A stretch of DNA of 64,000 bases from Candidatus Omnitrophota bacterium (GTDB taxonomy: Bacteria > Omnitrophota > Gorgyraeia > Zapsychrales > Zapsychraceae), in the NCBI GenBank assembly GCA_015233495.1, contig JADFXQ010000005.1:3066-67065 (forward strand). Direction: 5' to 3'. Made by a program: the position numbers and the translations under genes. This document shows, piece by piece, positions 19,007 to 27,279 of the stretch (positions are counted from its first letter, which is position 1; every line of letters starts with the position of its first letter). The notes beneath the pieces were generated by a model. That model did no database searches. It saw nothing but the letters and a program-made list of their open reading frames with translations, and was not told the origin of the DNA.

Positions 19007-19687
19007 TTAAGAACATGCCCGAAAAACTTCCCGCGGCCCTAATTTTGTGTCTTTCGGCACGATCGCGCCGGCCGGGACAATCGCGTTGTCGCCGATTTCC
19101 ACGCCGGGCATGATGACCGAATTGAGACCGATCAAGGCGTTTGCGCCGATTTTTACTTTTTTGAGTTTAAGGCCTTTGCGCTCAAAGATGTGACAGATGA
19201 CCGTTGCGTTGCCGCCGATGACGGCGTTGTCACCGATTTCCAATAAGGAAAGATCCGCCACGTTTTTGGAATTGATTTGCACGTTGTACCCCAGCTTCGC
19301 GCCCATCATGCGGTAGAACAAGCTGGCAAACGGGGTCAATAACATGAAGTCCATAAAAAAGGCTTTTACGGCTTGCACTAAGGCATTGAGAAAAAACCAT
19401 TTCAGCATTTCGCTGTCTTTAAAACCATAGTACCCTTCTTTCAGCCGCAGTTGTAAGACAATGTTGAGCAGCCCGACGAGCAACAGCAGTATGATCCCAA
19501 ACAGAAAAAATCCGCCGGCCATGCCCAAGCCGAGCATCAGGGCCCGGGCCAGAATGTCCCAACCCGCAGTCCAGCGGAGCAGGTTTAAAAACAGCATTAA
19601 GCTTGGCACAAGCGACAGGCCAACGACCATAGTGCCTAAAAAATATAGGCAGAGAACAATAATGCTTTGGATAATGGCAATGATCAT
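19007..19687 (-). CDS. Membrane-anchored hexapeptide-repeat (left-handed beta-helix) acyltransferase
   Basis: N-terminal TM helices then MGAKLG, IGDNAVIG, IGANALIG, IGDNAIV repeats; RBS AGGAGG before ATG 19687. The longer ORF start lies inside a REP. Confidence 0.82.
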   Translation of the reverse strand: MIIAIIQSIIVLCLYFLGTMVVGLSLVPSLMLFLNLLRWTAGWDILARALMLGLGMAGGFFLFGIILLLLVGLLNIVLQLRLKEGYYGFKDSEMLKWFFLNALVQAVKAFFMDFMLLTPFASLFYRMMGAKLGYNVQINSKNVADLSLLEIGDNAVIGGNATVICHIFERKGLKLKKVKIGANALIGLNSVIMPGVEIGDNAIVPAGAIVPKDTKLGPREVFRACS

Positions 19688-19740
19688 CTGATTCCCTCCT
19701 AACCCTATATGTGTAAACTTGATGCTTACTACGGCTTTTT

Positions 19741-19814
19741 GTAGGGGCGCCCCTCGTGGGCGCCCGTCGTCCTGGCGCGGCCGCACAACGGGCGCCCACG
19801 AGGGGCGCCCCTAC
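19741..19814. repeat. GTAG-type REP-like palindrome, copy 1
   Basis: Perfect 27-bp inverted arms GTAGGGGCGCCCCTCGTGGGCGCCCGT / ACGGGCGCCCACGAGGGGCGCCCCTAC around a 20-nt loop. Confidence 0.9.
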
Positions 19815-19891
19815 ATCATTTAACAGGACATTGCAATTTTCACATAGCAACAAGTATTTTATATCAGCTGTATGAGCCGCTCGTAATCGTA

Positions 19892-20623
19892 TCAAAAATT
19901 GATTTTCAACCAGTCCAGGCAAATTTTTAAAAAAACGTCCGGTTGATCGTCGAACAATTTTTCCGCGTGGCCGCCTTTTTCGATAATCTCAATTTGTTTG
20001 GGCTGCTTGGCTTTCTCGAATAATTCCCGGCTGTGGTGAACGTGGATCAGCCAGTCGTCACTGCCGTGAATAAACAATACCGGGCGCGGCGCGATTTTGT
20101 CGACAATGTTGATCGGCGAGGTTTTGGGGCTGAACGGGTTTCCGGGACGCACGCCCTTTCCCCGGCCCTTATGTCCCAGATTTAATTTTAAATCCTCCCA
20201 CATCCCCGGTTCCCAAAAATGATAGTCGATTTTCCAGAAATCCGACGGGGAACTGACCGCGATTACGGTTTTGATATCCGGGTTTTGCGCGGCGGTGATC
20301 AGGCTGATGGCTGCCCCGAGGGAAAAACCAATCACGCCCACAGCTTCATATTTGAAAGTTTTAACATATTCCAGAACAGCTTGTAAATCCGCGGTCTCGG
20401 CGGATGTCCAGCAAAAAAAGCCGGAACTTTTGCCATGACCGCGAAAATCAAACAAAACCACATCATATTCAGGGCTGAATTCTTTGGCCATTTCCTTAAA
20501 CAGATGCACGTCTTTGTTATTAAAAAATCCGTGGGCCAAAATCAAAACTTTCTTGTGCTCATTTTGATAATGGAGCGCGGCGATCCGTTGGTGATCCGAA
20601 GTTTTTAAAAATAATTTATGCAT
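19892..20623 (-). CDS. Alpha/beta-fold hydrolase (lysophospholipase/esterase-like)
   Basis: AHGF, FDFRGHGKS, GFSLG nucleophile elbow, HGSDD, GGHA. Confidence 0.9.
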   Translation of the reverse strand: MHKLFLKTSDHQRIAALHYQNEHKKVLILAHGFFNNKDVHLFKEMAKEFSPEYDVVLFDFRGHGKSSGFFCWTSAETADLQAVLEYVKTFKYEAVGVIGFSLGAAISLITAAQNPDIKTVIAVSSPSDFWKIDYHFWEPGMWEDLKLNLGHKGRGKGVRPGNPFSPKTSPINIVDKIAPRPVLFIHGSDDWLIHVHHSRELFEKAKQPKQIEIIEKGGHAEKLFDDQPDVFLKICLDWLKINF

Positions 20624-20645
20624 TTGTTGCCTTTTGTCCGGTGTT

Positions 20646-20706
20646 GTCGGGGCGCCTATTGTGGGCGCCCGTTGTTCGGCCGCGCCAGATTGACGGGCGC
20701 CCCTAC
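20646..20706. repeat. REP-like palindrome, copy 2
   Basis: GTCGGGGCGCC...GTGGGCGCCCGTTGTTCGGCCGCGCCAGATTGACGGGCGCCCCTAC; core identical to the copy inside aas. Confidence 0.85.
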
Positions 20707-20758
20707 GACTAGGATTATAAATACGCTAATGTTTAACCAGCATAATGTCCGGTATTTG

Positions 20759-23700
20759 TTAAACATTGGTCAATTCTATGGCCAAGGTTTTCACTTTTTT
20801 AAGATCAACCTTTCCCGTTCCCAGCATCGGGATCGCGTCTACCCGGACAAAACTGTCGGATTTCGGGATCCATAAATTCGGCAAACCTTTTTGGGATAAT
20901 TTTTCCGACAGGCCGGCGATATCCAAGTCAACAGCATGCAAGACAATCAGCCGCTCCCCTTTTTTTTCATCCGGCACAGACGTTACCGCAATCACCGGAT
21001 CAACCGCGCCGATCGCCTCCAGAATATTTTCTTCCACCTTGATATGCGGCACCATTTCGCCGCCGATTTTGCTGAACCGGCTCAACCGGTCCGTAATTTT
21101 GATAAACCCGTCCTCGTCAATGGCCGCGATATCGCCGGTCACATACCACCCGTCTTTAATCACTTCCGCGGTCTTAGCCGGATTGTTGAGATAACCCTTC
21201 ATCACATTCGCGCCTTTGACCAAAAGCAGACCCGGTTCATCCGGCCCTTTTGCTTCCCCAGTGTCAGGATCAACCACCTTGACAGCCACGCCGGGGATCG
21301 GATGCCCGACCTTGCCGAATTTATGTCCAACCTGACGCTCCATAGCCGCGTCATTCACATAATCCGGAAATCCGACCGTCACAATCGGCGACAATTCCGT
21401 AGCGCCATAACCTTCAAACGGAGTGACGCCGAATTTTTCGTGAAACGCGGTCGCGAGCGGCTCTTTTAATTTTTCCGCGCCGACAACCGCGAGCCGTAAA
21501 TGGCCGAATTGTTCCGGCGTGCATTTTTTGATATACGCGGACATAAAAGTCGGCGTGCCCATCAAAATCGTTCCCTTATACTTCGCGGCCAGTTTGCCGA
21601 TCGTCCCCGCATCTAACGGGTTTGTATGATAAACAACGCCGACTGCGGTTCCGACCGGGAAGCACATCGTTGCCGTGAATCCAAACGAATGAAAAAACGG
21701 CAAAGCCGCGATCACGACATCGTTTTTCTGAATATTAAAGATCTGATAAAAACTTTCGATATTGGAAAAAATATTGGCATGAGTGAGCTGTACGCCTTTG
21801 GGCTCCCCGGTAGATCCGCTCGAAAAAATAATAGTCGCGGTTTCATGTACATCGGTCTGATCCCCCCGGACATATAAAACGCGCAACAGCCATTTCGGCA
21901 AAACCAAACCGGAGACAAAATACAGCCTGGTCAAAACCGGATTGATTTCTTTTTTGATATCTTCGGCAAAAATCATCTGGGGCAGAGCCGCGATCCCGGT
22001 TTTTTCCAAAAACGCCCGCGAAGTCACAATGCGCCGCATATCGCATTGTTTAACGCAAGACGCGAAAGCGTCGGCGGACAATGTGAAATTTAGATTCACC
22101 GGAACTTTGCCGGCAAAGGCAATGGCCAGATTAGCGATCACCGCGAAACAAGACGAAGGCAACAAGACCCCCACTTTTTCCTTTTCGTAGGGGCGCCCCT
22201 CGCCTGCCCCGGCCGCTTTGTTTTGCGAAGCAAAACAGCCGGTGTGGGCGCCCGTTGTTCGGCCGCGCCAGATTGACGGGCGCCCACAAGCTTGTCTGCC
22301 GAAGGCAGGGGACGCCCCTACAGAATCGCTTGCAAAAATTATTTTGGACAACGCCACAGCCGCGGCAAATGTCTTGCCATAAGTGATCTTTCCGCCCAAA
22401 GAATCAGCCATGGAAAATTTGAAAAAATGACGTTTTACCTCATCAATAAACGCCAGATGCAATTTTTTGCGCCACGCGCCGCGCAGGATATTGGCCTCTG
22501 CCCCCAATTCCTGAACAGCCTGGCGGACCTGAGGCGCTTTGACGTCCGGCGCCAAAGGTTTGCCGAATACGATCGAAACCGGATACAAAGTCAACCGCGG
22601 CATTTTCCAAATATATTTGCCGTTGGCATAACTGTAAATACTGCCCCAAACATTATCCAGGTACAACGGAATGATCGGCGCGTTCAAGCCTTTCATAATA
22701 TGCTCAAACCCGCGGTTAAACGGCAGCATATTGCCGGTGCGCGTCAAATGACCTTCCGGAAAAATACAGACGAGTTCGCCGTTCTGAATCGCTTCCCGCG
22801 CGGTGGTCAAGGCGCGGACAACCGCTTTCGGCCCGCCCTCCCGGTCGATCGGAATGACTTTCATAATGCGGCAGAGCGTGTTGATAACCGGCAATTCATA
22901 CATATCCTGCGCCATGATAAACCGGACCGGACGTTTTAAAGCGGCCAGCACCAATGCTCCGTCGATAAATGAGATGTGATTCGCGGTGAGAAGCGCGCCG
23001 CCCTGATTCGGCACATTGTGACTGCCGACCACGCGCAGCCTATACACCGTGTGCGCGGTTAGCCACGTTAAAAGCCGGACGAGCGCGCTGGGCAGGGTCA
23101 TCAGGATATAAATCGTTGTGAAGAAAGTCAGGCCGGAGACCATTAAAAAAATTTTATCCGCCCGTATGCCCAACTGACCGCTCACAATCCAGAGAAACGC
23201 GCCCGCGGCGAGCGAGCCGATCGACGTGACAATATTCAAAACGGACAAATATTGGCCGCGGTTTTCTTCCGGGCTCCAGCGTTGGAAAAAAGCGTTTAAC
23301 GGAACCGTATAAAAGCCGGCGCAAATTCCCAGAATGAACAGAATAAGCAAGGCAGAGAAGAAATTTCCGCCGCATCCCAATAAAAAAGCCATGACTGTGA
23401 TCCCGGCCGCGCCTAACGGCACCAATCCCAATTCCACCTTGCCTTCGGACGCCATAGCCGCGAGCACGCTTCCCCCGGCGATGCCTAAGGATACCGCGAC
23501 GAGAAGAAAACTGATTTGATCCTGGGCCAAGTGAATGATATGCGAGCCGTAGATCAAAATATTCATTTGAAACACCGCGCCGATAAAGGAAAAATACGCC
23601 AAGGCCAACATGGTGAGAAAAAGTCCGTTGTCTTTGCGGATTCCTTTCCAGGCGGACAATGCGCCGGCCCAGAAATTTTGCGGTTGCGCCGGGATTGACT

Positions 23701-24286
23701 TAAGGGTGGGCTGAATCAAAAAACTCGCGGCAAATCCCAAGAGCACTAAAAAAGCCATTAACAGCCCGACGACTGACAAATGTTGTTGAAAAATTTTGTA
23801 TAAAATACCGCCCGCAGCTGTCCCCAAAATGATCCCGGTGAATGTCCAGAGCTGAAGATAACCGTTGCCCTTGGACAAATCCTCCTCGCTCAACATCTCC
23901 GGCAAAATGCCGTATTTGGCCGGCGAGAAAAGCGCGCTTTCAATCATGAACAACAATAAAGTCCCGCACAACAGCCAGAGGTTCCCTATATAAAGAGCGC
24001 CGGCCGCACCCAGCGCCAGCCCCACCTTGACCGCGCTCATGACAATGATGATGGATCGCTTAGAAAAACGGTCCGCCAAAAAACCGGCATAAGGAGAAAA
24101 AACAACAAACGGCAGGATAAACAAAAAACCGACAACACTCACAAACCGGCTGGCCGCTTCGGCCGAAGTCAAAATCTGAATCGCATAAAGCGAAACCACC
24201 ACCTTCAACAAATTATCACTAAACGCGCCAACAAACTGGGCAGTCAGCAAGGCCTTGAAAGAAATTGATCGACAATTTTCGCGCAT
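20759..24286 (-). CDS. aas: Aas-type MFS transporter / acyltransferase / acyl-ACP synthetase fusion (acyl-ACP--phospholipid O-acyltransferase)
   Basis: LplT-like MFS N-terminus (QFVGAFSDN, FSPAKYGILPE), NHISFID and FPEG acyltransferase motifs, AMP-binding FSSGSTGEPKGV, YGATE, TGD, SRFSKIGGEMV. Confidence 0.92.
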   Translation of the reverse strand: MRENCRSISFKALLTAQFVGAFSDNLLKVVVSLYAIQILTSAEAASRFVSVVGFLFILPFVVFSPYAGFLADRFSKRSIIIVMSAVKVGLALGAAGALYIGNLWLLCGTLLLFMIESALFSPAKYGILPEMLSEEDLSKGNGYLQLWTFTGIILGTAAGGILYKIFQQHLSVVGLLMAFLVLLGFAASFLIQPTLKSIPAQPQNFWAGALSAWKGIRKDNGLFLTMLALAYFSFIGAVFQMNILIYGSHIIHLAQDQISFLLVAVSLGIAGGSVLAAMASEGKVELGLVPLGAAGITVMAFLLGCGGNFFSALLILFILGICAGFYTVPLNAFFQRWSPEENRGQYLSVLNIVTSIGSLAAGAFLWIVSGQLGIRADKIFLMVSGLTFFTTIYILMTLPSALVRLLTWLTAHTVYRLRVVGSHNVPNQGGALLTANHISFIDGALVLAALKRPVRFIMAQDMYELPVINTLCRIMKVIPIDREGGPKAVVRALTTAREAIQNGELVCIFPEGHLTRTGNMLPFNRGFEHIMKGLNAPIIPLYLDNVWGSIYSYANGKYIWKMPRLTLYPVSIVFGKPLAPDVKAPQVRQAVQELGAEANILRGAWRKKLHLAFIDEVKRHFFKFSMADSLGGKITYGKTFAAAVALSKIIFASDSVGASPAFGRQACGRPSIWRGRTTGAHTGCFASQNKAAGAGEGRPYEKEKVGVLLPSSCFAVIANLAIAFAGKVPVNLNFTLSADAFASCVKQCDMRRIVTSRAFLEKTGIAALPQMIFAEDIKKEINPVLTRLYFVSGLVLPKWLLRVLYVRGDQTDVHETATIIFSSGSTGEPKGVQLTHANIFSNIESFYQIFNIQKNDVVIAALPFFHSFGFTATMCFPVGTAVGVVYHTNPLDAGTIGKLAAKYKGTILMGTPTFMSAYIKKCTPEQFGHLRLAVVGAEKLKEPLATAFHEKFGVTPFEGYGATELSPIVTVGFPDYVNDAAMERQVGHKFGKVGHPIPGVAVKVVDPDTGEAKGPDEPGLLLVKGANVMKGYLNNPAKTAEVIKDGWYVTGDIAAIDEDGFIKITDRLSRFSKIGGEMVPHIKVEENILEAIGAVDPVIAVTSVPDEKKGERLIVLHAVDLDIAGLSEKLSQKGLPNLWIPKSDSFVRVDAIPMLGTGKVDLKKVKTLAIELTNV
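22187..22321. repeat. Composite REP-like element inserted in frame in aas
   Basis: GTAGGGGCG...CGCCCCTAC ends, 135 bp, encodes 45 aa VGASP...EGRPY. Confidence 0.88.
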
Positions 24287-24355
24287 ATCGTCCCTCAATT
24301 GTATAAGAAAAATATTCCTGAAAACGCCCCTCGCCCACCACGTATGCCATTTTTT

Positions 24356-24415
24356 GTGGGGCGCCCATCGTGGGCGCCCGTTACGAGGCCGCGCCAGAAC
24401 GACGGGCGCCCCTAT
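24356..24415. repeat. REP-like palindrome, copy 4
   Basis: GTGGGGCGCCCATCGTGGGCGCCCGTTACGAGGCCGCGCCAGAACGACGGGCGCCCCTAT. Confidence 0.8.
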
Positions 24416-24469
24416 CCGATAATTATAACTTTATCATATTCAAGTTAGTCGAGAATAATCAATTTTTAT

Positions 24470-24619
24470 TTAGTGATACAAAGACACATAATAAGTATTG
24501 TTAGAAACATATCCGCTATAAGCAATATTTTTAAAAGACAAAAACATCTGCCCCCAACCGACCAACAAACACCCGGCCACGAAACCTATCAACAGTAAAT
24601 TTTTAATTATTTTTTTCAT
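24470..24619 (-). CDS. Small 49-aa hydrophobic protein (below the ORF-track cutoff)
   Basis: MKKIIKNLLLIGFVAGCLLVGWGQMFLSFKNIAYSGYVSNNTYYVSLYH*, preceded by a strong RBS AAGGAGG. Confidence 0.65.
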   Translation of the reverse strand: MKKIIKNLLLIGFVAGCLLVGWGQMFLSFKNIAYSGYVSNNTYYVSLYH

Positions 24620-24634
24620 GCCCGCCTCCTTAAT

Positions 24635-24652
24635 TAGTTGATACATCAACTA
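24635..24652. promoter_or_regulatory. Putative MarR operator 1
   Basis: Palindrome TAGTTGA-TACA-TCAACTA just upstream of the small ORF and lipid cluster. Confidence 0.75.
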
Positions 24653-24667
24653 TATAATCAAAAAAAA

Positions 24668-25138
24668 TTAATTTCCCAAACCGACCAGCCATTTTTTAAA
24701 AATCCCAGCCAGATTCTTTTGATCGTCGGAAGACAATTTATTCATCAAGGTTCTCATTTCCTTGACATATCCCGGCCAAACCGAGTCTAAAATTTGCGAC
24801 CCCTTTTTTGAGATCCGCACCACCTTCACCCGCCGGTCTTCCAAGCGTCCGGCGCGCTCAATCAATTTCTCCCGCTCCAGCTTATCCAGAACCCGCGTCA
24901 TGTTCGAAGCCGTAACCAACAACCGCTGACCAATCTCCCGCTGGCTCAACCCCTCCGCGCCGCCCTGATGTTTAATCACCATGAGCACATTCATCTTGGC
25001 CGGCGTCAAATCAAACCGATCCAAATATTTGGAAATCCGGTCAAACAACAAAGTATAAACAAGGACGAACTGATAAAACGCCTCCTCATCATATCGCCCT
25101 TTCCCGGTTTCCACCCCAAAAGCATCCAAATTATTCAT
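24668..25138 (-). CDS. MarR-family transcriptional regulator
   Basis: LTPAKMNVL, LSQREIG, SNMTRVLDKLE, DRRVKVVRISKKG. Confidence 0.92.
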   Translation of the reverse strand: MNNLDAFGVETGKGRYDEEAFYQFVLVYTLLFDRISKYLDRFDLTPAKMNVLMVIKHQGGAEGLSQREIGQRLLVTASNMTRVLDKLEREKLIERAGRLEDRRVKVVRISKKGSQILDSVWPGYVKEMRTLMNKLSSDDQKNLAGIFKKWLVGLGN

Positions 25139-25175
25139 CGCCCTTCTCCTCTTTCTAAAACAAGATTACCATGAA

Positions 25176-25195
25176 ATAGTTGACCTATCAACTAT
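25176..25195. promoter_or_regulatory. Putative MarR operator 2 (autoregulatory)
   Basis: Palindrome ATAGTTGA-CCTA-TCAACTAT upstream of marR; same half-sites as operator 1. Confidence 0.75.
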
Positions 25196-25216
25196 ATTTC
25201 TAAAAAAATTTTCAGG

Positions 25217-25474
25217 TTAAAAAATTTTGTTTACCTTCTCTAAAAGATCATAAAGCGTTTCCGGAGCAATGTCCGCGTCATTTGGCCAAGCGATTGTCCC
25301 GCCTTCAATCCGCGCCGCTGAAAAAATTTTTTTATTTTTAAGCGGCGCAAAAATACCCGGTCGGTTTAAATAGGAAGAGAAATCAATATCGCCTTCTTTG
25401 CCGTCATCAAACACAATATGGTAAATATAATCACCGATATATCGAATTTGTGTGACTTCGTTGAGTTTCCACAT
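25217..25474 (-). CDS. DUF2442-family protein (putative antitoxin)
   Basis: FDDGKEGDIDF, GIFAPLK, TIAWPNDADIAPETLY. Confidence 0.85.
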   Translation of the reverse strand: MWKLNEVTQIRYIGDYIYHIVFDDGKEGDIDFSSYLNRPGIFAPLKNKKIFSAARIEGGTIAWPNDADIAPETLYDLLEKVNKIF

Positions 25475-25482
25475 AATGATCC

Positions 25483-25743
25483 CTACTCTAAAGGGGTAAT
25501 CTTTTTAACGTCTTTTTCAGCTCGAGCTAACTCCCAATCGTCCAAGAGTTCGGCTTGATGCAAATCAATCCAATCACGTACGAGTTTCAGAGCTGTTTTG
25601 GAACCTAAATCACCTATAATAATATTACCACGAAAATCAATTTTTGCCTTCTTTTCACCAAATGCGGCGTGCAGATGCGGTGGGTTGTGATCGTCATAAT
25701 ACATCCGTATGACGATTCCAAAAAAGCGGCTGATTTCCGGCAT
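25483..25743 (-). CDS. DUF4160-family protein (putative toxin)
   Basis: MPEISRFFGIVIRMYYDDHNPPHLHA...W..LHQAELLDDW; RBS AAGGAG. The longer ORF start runs through the tRNA. Confidence 0.88.
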   Translation of the reverse strand: MPEISRFFGIVIRMYYDDHNPPHLHAAFGEKKAKIDFRGNIIIGDLGSKTALKLVRDWIDLHQAELLDDWELARAEKDVKKITPLE

Positions 25744-25778
25744 GAATTTCTCCTTGCTTTTCCGTGGAGAAATAAAAG

Positions 25779-25851
25779 TGGGCCATGCAGGACTCGAACC
25801 TGCCACCCTTTGATTAAGAGTCAAATGCTCTACCAGATGAGCTAATGGCCC
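25779..25851 (-). tRNA. tRNA-Lys (anticodon CTT), CCA not encoded
   Basis: GGGCCATTAGCTCATCTGGTAGAGCATTTGACTCTTAATCAAAGGGTGGCAGGTTCGAGTCCTGCATGGCCCA folds into a canonical cloverleaf. Confidence 0.97.
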
Positions 25852-25874
25852 AACGTGTCTTAAAATCTGTATTG

Positions 25875-26864
25875 TCAATTGTTTGCGTAAACGCGATTGT
25901 CATAACGTTCTCGCAAATCCGGCAAATGTGCTAAAAATGTGCTATTTTTTTCCGCGACTTCGCCGGTGTTTGTTTCAGAATCGACATTATACATAACATC
26001 TTCTTTTTTTCCAGGTATTTTTCTGCCGATTTTTTGGATCGCGTTTTTCAGCACATCCGCGCTCAAATGCGCGTAGCGTTGCGTCATAACCGGTGAAGTA
26101 TGCCCGAGCAATTTCTGGACGACATAAAGGTCAACGCCATCCCGCACCAATTGGGAAGCAAACGTGTGCCGCAGGCCATGAAAGTGAAAATCCTTCAGCT
26201 TCGCTTTCACGACGGCGCGTTGATACGCGTTTTTCATACTCCCCTGAGGTTTGTTCGTTTTCGGATTAAAGAAAATATAATCCGTGGCCTTTTGCCGCGG
26301 CATTTTCATGAGTTCCTGCTTCACGAATTCATTTAACGGAATCCAGCGCGACTTTTTGCTTTTCGTTAAGGATTCGTGAATAAAGATCATGTCGTGCTCT
26401 AAATCCACATAATTACTTTCAGGAGCGCGCCGCCACTTCAAATTCGCGATCTCACTCCAACGCATACCGGTCCGCAAAGCGATCAGAACCACGAGTCGAG
26501 TGAGGCCGTTGCATTACGACAAAAGCCGATTTTGCTCTTCTTCATTCAACCATCGACAGCGTTCATTGTTCTCGGCTAATCTTTTGATTACCCGGATCTG
26601 ATTGTTGCTGACAATCCCCCACTCAATCGCGCGGTTAAACATACATTTGATTGCCGCTAAAGAGCGATTGACGGATGAAGGGCTGACCTTATCCAGCCGC
26701 GCGGCCATGTATTCCCGGATATCCAACGCTGATATCTGATGTAAATATCGATTTTGAAAATGACGCGCGAGATTTTTGATCAGACACGTTTGCGTGGATA
26801 CGCTTTTATTCTCTACGCGGACGTAGGCGTCCAAATATTTTTCACTAAAATCTTCAAACGCCAT
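25875..26864 (-). pseudogene. Tyrosine recombinase/integrase, split by an in-frame TAA and probably 5'-truncated
   Basis: ORFs 26514-26864 (SAM-like core-binding domain) and 25875-26492 (TGMR, K, HGLRH, LGH, Y) are in the same frame, separated only by TAA at 26514-26516. Confidence 0.85.
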
Positions 26865-26983
26865 GTTACAACGGATGGCACTGTGACCACTTCCATTGAA
26901 GGCGGCCGGTGATAAAAATTACGCTGGTTCCGATGACACACACTTTATTCTTCAAGTTGTTTATTTCCAAGCGCAATTTTATA

Positions 26984-27055
26984 AAATCCCGGGGTCCTGC
27001 AGAATCGCAGGTCATCAAAAAGCGCGGGCCGCCTTTTGATGGCACCCCGGGATTT
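26984..27055. other. Three-stem palindromic element of unknown function
   Basis: AAATCCCGGGGT/ACCCCGGGATTT outer stem enclosing CCTGC/GCAGG and TCATCAAAAAGCG/CGCCTTTTGATGG hairpins. Confidence 0.6.
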
Positions 27056-27279
27056 AGAATCTTAAAACAGAATCAGATCCCAATAATTATTGTAATAAAA
27101 TGAAAGATTTAGTCGATGTAAGGATTCCCTCATCAATTGACTAGTTTTCACTTATATTTATTACCCGGGAAATCCATTGAATGCGATAAAGCTCATGAAT
27201 ATCCGAATGAATTTCGCGTCTTCGACGATAAATTGCAGTTAAGACGTCGAGCGCATAAGAAAAATAGTTGCGCGGGAGT

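Noticed and set aside
19419-19922. 167-aa minus-strand ORF
   Set aside because: Out-of-frame overlap with the acyltransferase and runs through a REP; no motifs.
19741-24415. Repeats as a CRISPR array
   Set aside because: Copies are kilobases apart, palindromic and variable, with no regular spacers and no cas genes.
25744-25878. N-terminal extension of the DUF4160 ORF
   Set aside because: It is a translation through the tRNA gene; the real start is ATG 25743.
26514-26516. Programmed readthrough or alternative genetic code in the integrase
   Set aside because: The stop is TAA, which terminates many genes in this window; simple pseudogenisation is more likely.
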